The position numbers and the translations under genes were made by a program. Below, piece by piece: positions 13,158 through 26,958 of a stretch of DNA of 64,000 nt. The first letter of the stretch is position 1. Each line of letters starts with the position of its first letter. Below the pieces are notes generated by a model. The model did not search any database. It was not told where the DNA came from and was given only the letters and a program-made list of their open reading frames with translations. This DNA is from Paraphysomonas bandaiensis. Taxonomy: Eukaryota > Protista > Chrysophyceae. The stretch is taken from assembly GCA_965644295.1 (NCBI GenBank), contig CBFFRP010000426.1, positions 124,001 to 188,000 on the forward strand. The letters run 5' to 3'.

Positions 13158-14571
13158 GCCTGTGATTAAGTTGTATCAAGTTATGATCGACGTAGCATGT
13201 ATTAGTCTTGTGACAGTATTGGAATGGTAGGGCGATGTACCATTGGAATTGAATCACAAGTTTATGAATAGGATACTTACTCTTTTTTCTGAAATCATAG
13301 TATAGATTATATTTTTGTAATATAAGCCGTATGTTGTGGATAACTTTTTTATATCAGTATTCTCTTTAAAACAGTGACTGCTATTTTTTTCAGAAAATTG
13401 GTTTCCAGCCATCCATTAGAGTTTTCCTATAACATTATTTTCTGCAGAGCACTAAACCGGTATACGGTATACCCCTAGATCCCTAGGGGTATACCACCTC
13501 AGTAAACTGAGATGAAAACACACAAACTCAGTGATTACTTAGACGAGGAAGCAACAAAGAAGAGGATGCCAATGCCCGGTCTGTGAAGTTTCAGAAGCCT
13601 TACTTGCTACTGGTTTGGTCACTAAAAGACTTATTATTAGCAATAGACGTCAAGAATCAGCACCAGATATGTAGCAAGATGAAAACTAGTCAATCTAGAT
13701 AGACTTCTACCTGTAACTAACTAGAATAAAATTCTCTTATCCGAATAGTCCCAAAAACTACCAGAGAATTGACGCTACTACCCCAACCACTTGAAAATAT
13801 TATCATGGATGTGACTGATTGCATTCGATTATTGTCCGACAGATTTGTTGCCACCAGCCGTTGCACATCAGTACGATCCTGCTCCCATCAGCCCATTTGA
13901 AAGAGCACATTTTCCACCATTACAGGGCTTATTTACCTTACACTCTCTCGCACCAAGTGAGTGTTATAAATCTCCAGTTGCGTATTTGCTTTAGTGTGTT
14001 TTGCAGCAACAACAAGCAAGCAAAGGAACAAAACTACGGTACTACGGTACCCAATTCAAATTCATATATGCACAATGAATATGTATCAAAATCGGTATAC
14101 CTTTCAAACACTATCATTCATTTCGAAACGTTCTCCAATGATAATACATCTTTAAAACAAAAAACCTTTCCGCTGAATATTTGGGAAAATAATAACCACC
14201 ACTGTACAAACAACTTGGTTGATTCTTTGAAAAGTGACAAAAATGATTGAGTTTTTATTTGCATGTTTGCTTAAGAAATGATGTAATCTAACCCTTTTTG
14301 TGTTTCTTAGTAATATATGTTGGTTCGCTGAGGCTGTGTTCGACTCAAGTGCGCAACAATAAAATCTCAATTAACTTCAGATATCTAGTATATATGGTCT
14401 TCATAGGAAAGGAGAACGATAATTTTCCAAAACTAGTAGTCGCTGACACTGTGTATTTTGCACAGCCGATACTCTGATAAATATTCAGTACTCATCAGCA
14501 CGTGCAAAGAAAAGTAAGGAACATGCATATATTTTACTTGGTATGATTATATTACTACAATAGCCATTACA

Positions 14572-15024
14572 CTACAGCTCAATTGTATCGCCATCATCTA
14601 CTTCATCGTTCTTCTTGGTAAAAGATTTATCCCGTTTTGATCTCCTTGACTTATCAGAAGATTTCATCTCATCAAAATTCATATTCTTTAAATCATCTTG
14701 TGTGAATACTTTGGCACCACCAAACTGTTTTAATTTTTCCAAAATATCTGCCATTGAATCATCTTTTGATTTCCCTCTACTTGTATCATCATCACTAGTA
14801 GCTCGTGTATCACTTTGTTTTTTTGGAGTATCTCTATGTTCTTCTGCCATCTTCACATAATCTGCTTTCTCTGCGCATCCTATACAATTAAGACCTCGAT
14901 CATATAAGAATCTCTTCAATTCCTTTACTCTCATTGCATTGAAATCAATGCTATCATTCCCATATATACCATGAAGAGATAACAGTAAAAGAGCCCATAT
15001 GTATACAATAACTCGCTTAAACAT
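14572..15024 (-). CDS. Secreted/ER protein with an ARMET(MANF)-C/SAP-like domain
   Basis: Signal peptide (FKRVIVYIWALLLLSLHGIYG); MRVKELKRFLYDRGLNCIGCAEKADYV with CxxC; C-terminal TIEL resembles an xxEL ER-retrieval signal. Confidence 0.75.
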   Translation of the reverse strand: MFKRVIVYIWALLLLSLHGIYGNDSIDFNAMRVKELKRFLYDRGLNCIGCAEKADYVKMAEEHRDTPKKQSDTRATSDDDTSRGKSKDDSMADILEKLKQFGGAKVFTQDDLKNMNFDEMKSSDKSRRSKRDKSFTKKNDEVDDGDTIEL

Positions 15025-16535
15025 TATCACAGTGAAGTATTCTTATTAGTTCGTATAGTTAGTGTCTATATATACATACACTTACACAGTACTGCTTTAT
15101 GATTGAGTGCTGAGTCATTCAATGCACCATACACACCTCATCGTATCGGCATCCTTCGTTTATTTTTGTTCCAAGATGCCTCTAATATTGAGGCAATAAT
15201 TATGTGTAATCCAGCCGTAGTTGTAGTTCAGTAATATAGAAGAATTTTGCTTCAATTTATTTCCGCAAAATGAGATGCTGACTGCCGATATGATCGACCT
15301 GCTGTATGCTGTACATGTTTAGTTGTTCACTGCAGATTAAACATTTCATTATAAAAACCAGTTTTTTAATGATAAAATCAAAGTATTTCGATAAAAACAA
15401 TGAGTTTTATTGTGAAAATGCTATATATCGCCCCTTTCGTAATGCTGTATATGGTTGTTCAAACCATACATACTTATACTCTATACACAGATTCAGCCAA
15501 TCAGATGTGAGTAAATATCTTGAGGTTCACATCATATCATGCATATGCCACCATCACATGCGGCATGGCTGTTACAGTTACACTCATCACCACAATGATT
15601 ACAAGGCATCTATATGTGTATCACTACTTATAATGACAGTATTATTGTTCGATGCAGTCCGCAAGTAGCATATAGAGATACTATACATATATAGTTACTG
15701 GAGGGGATGTCGTTATATCGACACACTATGCTTTACATAGCAGCTATTTAGAGGCCTAGAATCTAGACTATGAAAAGTCAAAATAACATGCATATATTTG
15801 AACGAATACGACGAGCGGTGACCAATACCATCACTTCTTGTATAGTCATCACATAACAAAACAGGGACAGGGAACAACATACCATATCGTGCAATAAATA
15901 GGCATTTTACTCTTCTAATACGAGCTAAATTCGTTAAATTGAGATTCGCATGATAACTAAACCCACTTCGCTGGATACTGTTTAGCTAATCACAATTTTC
16001 TTCATACTCATCCTCTGAGCTCTGAGCCATCATCGGTAACAAATTCATTCAAAATTCATTGAAATATGTATTCGTCCGGCCACAACTGTCGATTTGCTTT
16101 CAGAAACAACATCCTATTAAGTATAATCACTGTCCGAACATGGTTATATGACAGTGCACCCTACAGTTAAGAATCTCTCGGTATATGACAATCATACTAT
16201 TGATTGCAATATACTGTGAGCTATATTAACCAAAATTCCATATATTGTTACCGAACCCTGATACATGGCGACTTGAAGAATAATAACGACTGTACATGAC
16301 AATTTCTCAAGAACAACAATGTGGTAGAAATAAAGCATTTAGTCATTCCGATTATCTAGATTTAAATTAATTCAGTTTAGTCGCTATTAAACTACAATAC
16401 AGAACACAGCAATCAAAATGAGTTTGCGTGTTCCTACAACTAATTCAATATCAAAAACTCAATTTCAATGATGCCTTAGACCTTTGACATTCAACATTTT
16501 TGAATTAAGTCATACCACTGGATATATATGTATAT

Positions 16536-18839
16536 GTCGGTACTATTTCCCATATAAAATATTAATCAGTGAGGTTCACATCACCTGAACACATACAAGT
16601 GAATATGTTATATGCAACAATGCTAAGAAAGACAACAATACAAGCCAATCAAAGCATGTTACACAAAGTTAATTTTGCGATGCTAATGACAACTATAGCG
16701 TAGAGAACTGACTATAGATGTTTTACACAACGCGAGACATACGCGATACCTAACCGGTTATCCGAACAGGCAATCATATAATCCACATACATCATATGTA
16801 CCTTCCACTCCTCTGTCGGTACTATTTCCCATATAAAATATTACTCAGTGAGGTTCACATCACCTGAACACATACAAGTGAATATGTTATATGCAACAAT
16901 GCTAAGAAAGACAACAATACAAGCCAATCAAAGCATGTTACACAAAGTTAATTTTGCGATGCTAATGACAACTATAGCGTAGAGAACTGACTATAGATGT
17001 TTTACACAACGCGAGACATACGCGATACCTAACCGGTTATCCGAACAGGCAATCATATAATCCACATACATCATATGTACCTTCCACTCCTCTGTCGGTA
17101 CTATTTCCCATATAAAATATTACTCAGTGAGGTTCACATCACCTGAACACATACAAGTGAATATGTTATATGCAACAATGCTAAGAAAGACAACAATACA
17201 AGCCAATCAAACATGTTACACAAAGTTAATTTTGCGATGCTAATGACAACTATAGCGTAGAGAACTGACTATAGATGTTTTACACAACGCGAGACATACG
17301 CGATACCTAACCGGTTATCCGAACAGGCAATCATATAATCCACATACATCATATGTACCTTCCACTCCTCTATCGGTACTATTTCCCATATAAAATATTA
17401 CTCAGTGAGGTTCACATCACCTGAACACATACAAGTGAATATGTTATATGCAACAATGCTAAGAAAGACAACAATACAAGCCAATCAAAGCATGTTACAC
17501 AAAGTTAATTTTGCGATGCTAATGACAACTATAGCGTAGAGAACTGACTATAGATGTTTTACACAACGCGAGACATACGCGATACCTAACCGGTTATCCG
17601 AACAGGCAATCATATAATCCACATACATCATATGTACCTTCCACTCCTCTGTCGGTACTATTTCCCATATAAAATATTACTCAGTGAGGTTCACATCACC
17701 TGAACACATACAAGTGAATATGTTATATGCAACAATGCTAAGAAAGACAACAATACAAGCCAATCAAAGCATGTTACACAAAGTTAATTTTGCGATGCTA
17801 ATGACAACTATAGCGTAGAGAACTGACTATAGATGTTTTACACAACGCGAGACATACGCGATACCTAACCGGTTATCCGAACAGGCAATCATATAATCCA
17901 CATACATCATATGTACCTTCCACTCCTCTGTCGGTACTATTTCCCATATAAAATATTACTCAGTGAGGTTCACATCACCTGAACACATACAAGTGAATAT
18001 GTTATATGCAACAATGCTAAGAAAGACAACAATACAAGCCAATCAAACATGTTACACAAAGTTAATTTTGCGATGCTAATGACAACTATAGCGTAGAGAA
18101 CTGACTATAGATGTTTTACACAACGCGAGACATACGCGATACCTAACCGGTTATCCGAACAGGCAATCATATAATCCACATACATCATATGTACCTTCCA
18201 CTCCTCTATCGGTACTATTTCCCATATAAAATATTACTCAGTGAGGTTCACATCACCTGAACACATACAAGTGAATATGTTATATGCAACAATGCTAAGA
18301 AAGACAACAATACAAGCCAATCAAAGCATGTTACACAAAGTTAATTTTGCGATGCTAATGACAACTATAGCGTAGAGAACTGACTATAGATGTTTTACAC
18401 AACGCGAGACATACGCGATACCTAACCGGTTATCCGAACAGGCAATCATATAATCCACATACATCATATGTACCTTCCACTCCTCTATCGGTACTATTTC
18501 CCATATAAAATATTACTCAGTGAGGTTCACATCACCTGAACACATACAAGTGAATATGTTATATGCAACAATGCTAAGAAAGACAACAATACAAGCCAAT
18601 CAAAGCATGTTACACAAAGTTAATTTTGCGATGCTAATGACAACTATAGCGTAGAGAACTGACTATAGATGTTTTACACAACGCGAGACATACGCGATAC
18701 CTAACCGGTTATCCGAACAGGCAATCATATAATCCACATACATCATATGTACCTTCCACTCCTCTGTCGGTACTATTTCCCATATAAAATATTACTCAGT
18801 GAGGTTCACATCACCTGAATACATACAAGTGAATATGTT
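16536..18839. repeat. Tandem array of a 279-bp unit (8 full units plus about 74 bp)
   Basis: Unit starts at 16536, 16815, 17094, 17372, 17651, 17930, 18208, 18487 and 18766; the units are near-identical. Confidence 0.97.
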
Positions 18840-19336
18840 CTATGCATTTGATGACAATGGGATGCTGCTCTGTTCGTGTGATGGTTGCTTGCTCTCATTG
18901 CAATCTCTGCATTCAACACCGTTACAGTATTCCATGGTATTCCGTTGTATACCGCATACATTCTACTGTATATTTGTTTGTATATGTCAGATTTTAGTAC
19001 AGATGTACTTATCTACTTTCGTGTACCTGTACATCAATTCATTCTTGCTACACCTACCCCTTTATTACCCTGTACCTCTGTACTGCTTTGTACTGCTCGA
19101 CTTCTGTTTAGAACACAATATTTTCCTGGACATATCCTGAACAATCCTATCGACACTAGTGTAGAGATACATACATATCTCCTGCCTGTACTTCCATACA
19201 TAACACACCACTGCAGATATCAGTACACACATATGTATATATAACTAAACAACACCACACATACTTATCAATCCTCTAGATACACTCATATGATCTTCAT
19301 GTAATCACATCTAAATCATTTCTATATTAATCTGAT

Positions 19337-21118
19337 ATGACAGATATCTCTCAGAGCTTCATATGTCCCATATCTCTCTGTATAATGGACGATCCAGTGA
19401 TCTTAGGGACCACCGGACACACATATGAGAGATCACAGATTGCTCAATGGATACAACATAAGTGTACAAATCCCTGTACGGGTGCAAGATTAAAAGCTAC
19501 TGAACGAACTCTTATACCTAATATCGCCCTGTTAGATGCTATTACAGCCTATCGTATAGCAGAGGAGCAGTCAACACACGACAAGTCGATCTGTAAGGTA
19601 ACTATACTTGTAGTGATACTAATATACTTTAAAGAGGGCTTATAACTGTATTATCAATTGAATGTATTTCAGGATGATATGCCGAAAGCTTCGGCCCCAC
19701 CACCCACAGAAGAAGAGATGTATGCTCTCATTCATCAACTTTATAACGAATCACGGTGTGGTAAAATGGCATCATGGAAACGGTTGACTGACCTCTCCAG
19801 TCGTGGTGACATGCTCGCCAAGGCCTACGTGAGCCTTTTGTTACATAAAAATGAGACATCTCTCATCAAGGAAAACGTATCGAAGTCTCACCTTCTGGCA
19901 GGTGAGATATTACACTGGGCATCAAGTTTTACTACAGTTTCCCCATATGTATCAACTGTGCTGGGTCTCTATTATTACCACGGCGTGGGTGTTTCTAAAG
20001 ACTTACGTGATGCTGTTCAAGCTCTTGAGGTTGGGGTAGAAGGTGATGTGATCACTGCGCAATGTGCATTGGGGTGTTGTGCACTGCTGGGCAAAGGAAT
20101 GCGTCCGGATTATACCATAGGTGCAAGGTTAACGCGATTGGCGGCCGATCAGGGCTTTGCTCTAGCACAGCGAAACCTTGGATGGTGCTATGAATTTGGC
20201 CGCGGTGTCGAGAAAGACCGGGCTGCGGCGATGAGATGGTACTCCCTTGCTGCAACGCAGGGGTATGCACCGGCTCAGTACTCCCTTGGAGTATGTTACG
20301 CCAAGGGGTGGGGAGGGCCTCGCGAGCCGCTCCAAGCAGTAAGGTTTTACCGTATGGCAGCAGAGCAGGGTGAAGAACGTGCTGTTGCGTACCTACGACG
20401 CAAGGGATTTTTGAGACCTGTGGATATAGACTCTGGTGACCTTGTGGCCCAGTTGTTTATGAGATGTAGGTGTGGTGATAAGGATGCTTTTACACGCTTA
20501 TCCCGCATGCCTTCATATCTTGCCAAGGCCTACGTTAGCATATTTTTATGTAGCAGCGAGACACTTTTTATTCGTCGAGACAAGAGCAAGGCCACAGCTC
20601 TAGCAGCTGAGGTTCTTCCTATTCTTCATCTAAATAATTCTCGTTGTCCGTCTCCGCACATTCATTGTGCTCTGGGGTATATGAGTTTCTACAATCTTTC
20701 GCGGGAAAATGAGACGGCACACTATTTTACTCTGGCAGCCAGACAAAAATTTGTGTTAGCACAATGTGCGCTGGGGTGGTGCTATCTCAACGGTGCTGCC
20801 GAGTTAAAGAAGAACTATAAAAAAGCATTCAAGTACCTTTTACTGGCTGCAAAGCAAGGTTATGCAGCTGCCCAGTGCAGTGTGGGTTATTGCTACCATA
20901 CCGGGCAGGGTGTACGTTGTGATTATGCAAAGGCTGCAAGATATTACGGGTTGTCTGCAGATCAAGGATACGCTTTCAGTCAGAGCAATATGGGTATCAT
21001 GTACGAGCGCGGTTTGGGAGTTGAGAGAGACATTGCAAAAGCAATAAGTTTTTATGAAGCAGCCGCAGCTCAAGGAGAGGAAACCTCGCAGCGCGCATTG
21101 AGTCGATTAGGATTCTAA
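19337..21118 (+). CDS. U-box + Sel1-like-repeat protein (putative E3 ubiquitin ligase); intron 19598-19672
   Basis: U-box FICPISLCIMDDPVILGTTGHTYERSQIAQWI...P.T...LIPNIALLDAI; multiple Sel1 repeats (AQRNLGWCYEFGRGVEKD, AQYSLGVCYAKG, SQSNMGIMYERGLGVERD). Confidence 0.92.
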
Positions 21119-21450
21119 AAGTTGAATTTTATGGCGCTAAGTATTTTATGACTGTACTCTGTACACACAACTAGTGTCTACCTGGAAACAATAACTCTCA
21201 GCTAAATTTGAAGGATATTATATGCCCTAAAATATTATTATATTTAATATATATTCTTATATTGGTGTATTCAAAGCTTATTACAAAAGAACACTTTTTT
21301 TTAAGGTTTAGAAACTCAAGAAATTTAGACGACTACACTAAAATCTAAAGTAATAGGATACAGAAGATAGCTTTTATATTACTCAGTATAAATTATAAAT
21401 AGATGTAAATGAAAAAAAACATAAACCTAACGAAGTATAGATATATTTAA

Positions 21451-21537
21451 CCACGGACAATAAGGAGTCTATATATCTTCCCCGCTCAAAATTTTGAAAC
21501 GAGGGCGAAAAGGACGATACTCCTTATCCCTAGTAGG
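21451..21537. mobile_element. Tiny degenerate piggyBac-like MITE/foldback (87 bp)
   Basis: TTAA on both sides (21447-21450 and 21538-21541), CC...GG ends and an imperfect TIR sharing ATAAGGAGT/ACTCCTTAT. Confidence 0.35.
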
Positions 21538-22306
21538 TTAAACGTAGCTTATCCTCATGGTGTTGAAAACTTAATATTAGATTGTATAGCTATTTGTAGC
21601 TTGATATAAAAAGAAATAGGTGTTCCTTAATTAACATTACATTCTGATTAACAAATGAGAACTCATATTCTTTCAAATCAATGGTACGTATGCTGTATAT
21701 GCTTAAGGAATAGCAATTCACTACAGATCAACTCAAACAATAAACCCCCAAATTTCTGTATATAATAGCTACGACAAATGCACTCCTACCACAGAAGGAA
21801 ACTAAGGGAAGAATAGAAATTGCGGGGTGTTGAAATTCGAACATGAGTTTGATAATGAAGGTTCTGAAGGTAGATCGTTTGTACCATTATTATTATTATC
21901 TTTTAGAACAGACGAAGGATTGAATATAACTTGGAGTGTTTGATAATCTGCTTGGATTGTGATTTCTCTATAATCTATAATATATTGAGAAGTCGTAGAT
22001 ATGGCTGTCAATATCCTAATTAAAGTAGAAGTCAGTTTCTGTTGAACCGAGTATTGAAGTTGGATGTCTGTATTACCAGGTGCTAATATGAAATATGAGC
22101 GCTCTGTTGAGCCCAAATCAAGTCAAAAAAACTTTTTTGAGACAATACATGAGGATAAGGCTAGTATATTTACCAGGTGGGGATATGAGTATTCTATTCA
22201 ATCAACAGCAAATGTTTAAAGTCAAAATTATTTATAAATGTGACTTGTAAACAAAACACACTACTCTACTTTTCCATACTAGAAAGCAGACGATTCACAA
22301 GTGTAA

Positions 22307-24637
22307 TTAATTGCTCTTCATTGCAGCTGCATCTTCCATCTCCATTCCTTCGTCCTCCACGACACATGTTCTCGCTATGTGCCTACGTAGAAGGGAAAGC
22401 GAAATACATCGTGAGCACAAGCAATATAATTAATGTCCGTGCACCATACCTATGCTCCAACACCTTATCAGTGGGGACTCTTTCCAGCAACATCCAAAAT
22501 TTTGTGGTCGCATTTTTGATGACGCGCATGACTGATGCTGTAGAAAAAGCAATACAGTGTGAGAATTAAGAAAGGTAAAAGAAAATGTTGAATGAGACTC
22601 ACTTCGTGTGTCATCGGCCTGGTCATCACTTGCGGGGTGAACTGACATTAGCTCCGGAAAGTGCTCCCGGAGTGAATTTATCAACAACACAACCGATCCG
22701 ATAACAAATACAAGAGGGCGGATCTGAGGTACCATGAAAATACCTCAACGTTAAAGAGCTAAAACCTTACCGAAAAAACATATATAACGACCGTGGATAT
22801 CAAGGAGAAAGAGAGCAGAGCACCATAGAAAATTATGGACACTTGCATGTCAGAGAAGTTCCAAATATTGATCAGTGTCTGTATCATCATAAGGGTAAGC
22901 ATATACGCATATAATGTGCACTAAAATAGGTAGTATCTATCATTTATAGCTAACATATGGAAGCAGCTTATAACGATGATAGTATTGAACGAAAACTACA
23001 CCAACCCACACACCTTACAGAATAACAATATACATAAACACGATAGCCTACCTCCAAGTTGGACATCATACGATCAAGGTCTTCTTGCGCATCATGAAGT
23101 GGTTCCTGTAGTGTCTGCAGTACAAACTCTGGAGTTTTCATTTGAGCAACACTAAGGTTACGGGTGGATCCCGCTGGGGCGGCAGGCGATGAATTAGGTT
23201 TCGCATCGATCATACTGTTCCATTTGATAATGTGAGTGAAATTCTTTTTCTCCGTGATTGAGAGGAATCCGTTGATAAGCACCACGAAAAAAAATATTAG
23301 CGGTAGGTGATGGGCCTCGGTCCCAAAACAGATAAACCCGAAAAGCTGTTTAACAGTTACGGTTGCAAAGGGTATGCGTTTTCTCGTACCGCTATGAGAA
23401 TAAAGACTTCTGGAAAGCGTAATACAGGTGAAAGGGCGGCAGGAGGGGTGTTCGCAAAACGACGGATGCGGAGATAAGTTCGATACATTTCTTCTGGATC
23501 AAAAGTTTTTCGTTTTGGGTCCACCTCCCCTTCTCCCTTATCCTAGAATGAACAACCAATATTTACAAAGGGCTATCATTTACTTTTGTCACTAACCTCG
23601 CCGGTGTAGGAGGCTAGCAGACGCAACATCTTCTTAGGTGGTTCCCCTTCCAGATACAGTCGATATACGGGCCCTGGTGGGAGCAGTAGCTGCACCTCAA
23701 CACAGAGGAAACCTAAACTGTGTTTGCTCTTTTGCATCGCCGAGCCCGGAAGGACATCAAGACCGGACCGATACATGTCCATTGGATTCTGTCTCATATA
23801 TTATCAACTTAAAATGTAGTGAAAGTACATATAACTTGCCTTGTCATCGACCACGGGATGTACCATCATCCACTCTGTTTTAGGTGGGCGAGGTCCTTGA
23901 GGGGTGACATAAGACGAGAGGGGTATGACCACACGACCAAGGAAGCTGTCGCGACCGCCCTGTACGCTGTACTCCTCCTTAATAAGGATATATGCATCAG
24001 AAGTGATATCTCCAACAGGAAATGTGCCTTCAAACTCTTCCTTTGAACTTCCATCAGCCGCATCAAGACCAAGGAACTGAAAAGTCTCTACTTGTGTGCC
24101 CACCCACACCTACACACATAGCCAACTTAAATAATGTAAACCATTATGCTAATACTCACCTCAAAGCTCGGCCGTGTAGCAGACATGTATTTCGCACCTG
24201 ACACTTTAATCACAACACTACCAACCGTTTTGACGGGTAGCGAGCCAGGGACAGGAAAGAAAGCAGGTGTAGATCTAGAAACTGGTTCTGGCTCATACCC
24301 AGCATAACCCTTTGGTGGTTTCCGTCCAACATATTTCCCTATTACACTATCAGATTAAATTATCAGTATGAGTGTTATGTATAATACCAAAATAAAATCC
24401 TGAACTACCCCCTGAAGATTTTTTGGAAGTTGATTCCGTCAATTCAGAAGACTTCTCTTTTATTTCTTGTGATCCTATTGGCTCAGATGAAATTGAAGGT
24501 GTACTATCAGATGATACAGTGGGATCAGAGGTGTCAGATGGAGTAGAATTTATAGTAGTTTGTGATTTTCTTTTCTCTCTGTTTTCTTTAATGTATTTAC
24601 CGGGATACCATTTATCTTTATCACTGGATTTAGACAT
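22307..24637 (-). CDS. Multi-exon C2-domain membrane protein (MCTP/PRT_C-like)
   Basis: C2-like segments (GSVVIKVSGAKYM, FPVGDITSDAYILIKEE...DSFLGRVVIPLS, LGFLCVEVQL); hydrophobic C-terminal region ending ...LLERVPTDKVLEHR-HIART...KSN*. Internal exon boundaries are approximate. Confidence 0.7.
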
Positions 24638-25135
24638 GTTTAAGAGAGTAATAGGGATTAAAAGAGTATTTGAATAGATTGAGAGTTTGGTTAGGAAGAT
24701 GTATGTATGTATGTATAGAGGGGGTGAAGATGTGGATGTTGTGAGTGTATGCTGAGAGTTGTGTAGATATGTAGAGCAGATATGTAGACAGAGTGTATGT
24801 ATGTACTGCTGTGTGGGGAATTCCTATCAGTACATGTGATGCGGTATGTACTCTATAGATATGTCTATGTGTACAGGTACATCCATACAACATACATATA
24901 CAGCAGTACTCTAGAACCTTGTACCGAAATCCTGTCCCGTACGATACGAACGTACCGTACACCGTATAGCACTGTATTTCTCGTACAGCAGTATGCTATG
25001 GAAGGATGCATCAACTCAACTGCACTCTACTTAAGTCACTCTACTATCTATTGCAGTGAATATGCAGATAGAGTTACATCAGTTGATATATCATACTCTG
25101 CAATAGCATTTGTGTAGTGGGTAACAGATTATAAG

Positions 25136-26171
25136 ATGTCTACATTTTGTAAATCTGGAATCCAGTTTATAATATTCATCGTATTGCTTCTTATATCTCC
25201 CATGCACTTATTGGCTAGAGAGAGTTCTCACTACGACACATTAGGAGTTAAACGAGGGGCATCAGAGAGTGAAATTAAGAAAGGTATAGCAATCTAATCC
25301 CACATAGTGTTTTATTTAATCATAGTTTGTGGTTTATTTAGCATTTAGGAAGCTATCTCTCAAATATCACCCGGATAAAAATAAACATGACCCGTCCGCC
25401 CAAGAAAAGTTTATGAAGCTTGCTGATGCTTACGACGTATTGTCTGATTCTGAAAAGCGTCGTCAGTACGACTTGTCTCAGCGAGTTGACTTTCAGCCTA
25501 GAAATGACCCTAGGACCGGCGGTATGTATCATCACTCCAATAGGCGATATTATTACTCAAAGAGAAGTTTCGGAGGTCCGAATAGGAATTCATTTACATT
25601 CACATCTTCTGGTGGAAAATTTTATTTTACATCTGATTCGAATCAATTCACTGTTGAAGATGGCGGAGTTCTTGCTGTGCTCGGTTGGATCGTGAGTACG
25701 GCTGCATTTGTACTTCCTTTGTGCTTCATTGGGTGCCCACTGTTAGCAATATGTGGTGTATGGAAGCTATGCAGCTTTTGCCGTCGAGGATCCGCCCAAG
25801 CTTCAAATGTAAATTCGTCCGCATTGCTACCTTCTTTAACGCATGCCACTCTGACTCGGGATAAAAGAATACTCATAGTTGCTCTCTCGCCGTCAGCAGC
25901 TGTATCACTAGATAGAATCCGTAAAAAATTTCTTCGCGACCCTATACTCATGTGTACTGCCACGGTCGACGGGAGAATGAACAATAAAAATGACATTATT
26001 GCCTTCTGCAAGCAAGGTTCGAAGTATACTTTGTTTCCTCCGGAAGGACCTATGCACAGTTCAACTGTTGAAGTTGACAGTTGGATAGAAAAAATTCTCA
26101 ATGGAGAGATTCCGTGGGAGAGTACCGCAACAATTCCTCCACATGTAAAGCCCAATGTGTTGCAGTCGTAA
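25136..26171 (+). CDS. DnaJ-domain (Hsp40/ERdj-like) membrane protein; intron 25284-25341
   Basis: Signal peptide, then [32 protein letters not shown]...[21 protein letters not shown] (J domain with HPD), a G/F-rich linker and a TM segment. Confidence 0.9.
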
Positions 26172-26958
26172 TGGCTTTGTGTATAATAGAAAAAATGTAA
26201 TAATACCTCATCGCTCGTAATTTACCTTGTCGACCTCTTTGTTGGCGACTCTGCAGTAGAAATTAGAAATCTGTAACCACTGTGTGTGGATTAATAAATA
26301 CTTCAGCTCTCAAAGTCAAATTTGTTGCATGATTCGTAGCTCGTTCATTACTCCCGGTGTACATACGCCTTGTTATGCATAGGGTTCACTCCTGACGTGA
26401 TGTAGTATAGCAGCTAAGGTGCTAAGGATGTTTCCATAAGATGGAAACTACGTAGTGGTACAAGTTTTCACTCGAAGGAACATACTTAATTATACCATCA
26501 ACCATCATATGTATTAGCACTAAATATTCATACAGGGATAGCATCTAATATTATGATGTAACCGCGACATAGTCTGTAAGAACTAGATAATTAGTCATCA
26601 CCCCACAAATTAGTTGACAACGACATCTGTGTTACAGTTTCTTATCCTCTCTAATCGTATCTAGCAACATATACAGTTGTAGATTGTAGAAGTAGTTGAT
26701 ATAATTACACTGTGTAAGCTAATATGCTAACTACAATAATTACATGGGAGCATTAGGTGCAGATTGCATTTATAGTAGATAAATCCGCCCCACTTAATTA
26801 CAAATAAACGTATCTCACTCCTGCTTAGAAACATAGACTACAATATATATGTCTTATATGTTGCATTCGCACTTATGGCGCGATACTGTAAATTTTCACT
26901 TTTCTCATCCCCTAGTCTCTCACACCGATCGTTCATTGAACAGTTGGTAGAGCTTATG

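Noticed and set aside
13819-14370. Short ORFs between the CorA and ARMET-like genes
   Set aside because: Non-ATG starts, intergenic composition and no motifs.
16536-18839. CRISPR array, 5S rRNA or tRNA cluster
   Set aside because: Units are identical along their full length with no unique spacers, no cas genes are present, the context is eukaryotic, and I recognise no 5S or tRNA sequence.
21802-22116. 104-aa minus-strand ORF
   Set aside because: Non-ATG start, AT-rich and no recognisable motif; cannot be supported as a gene.
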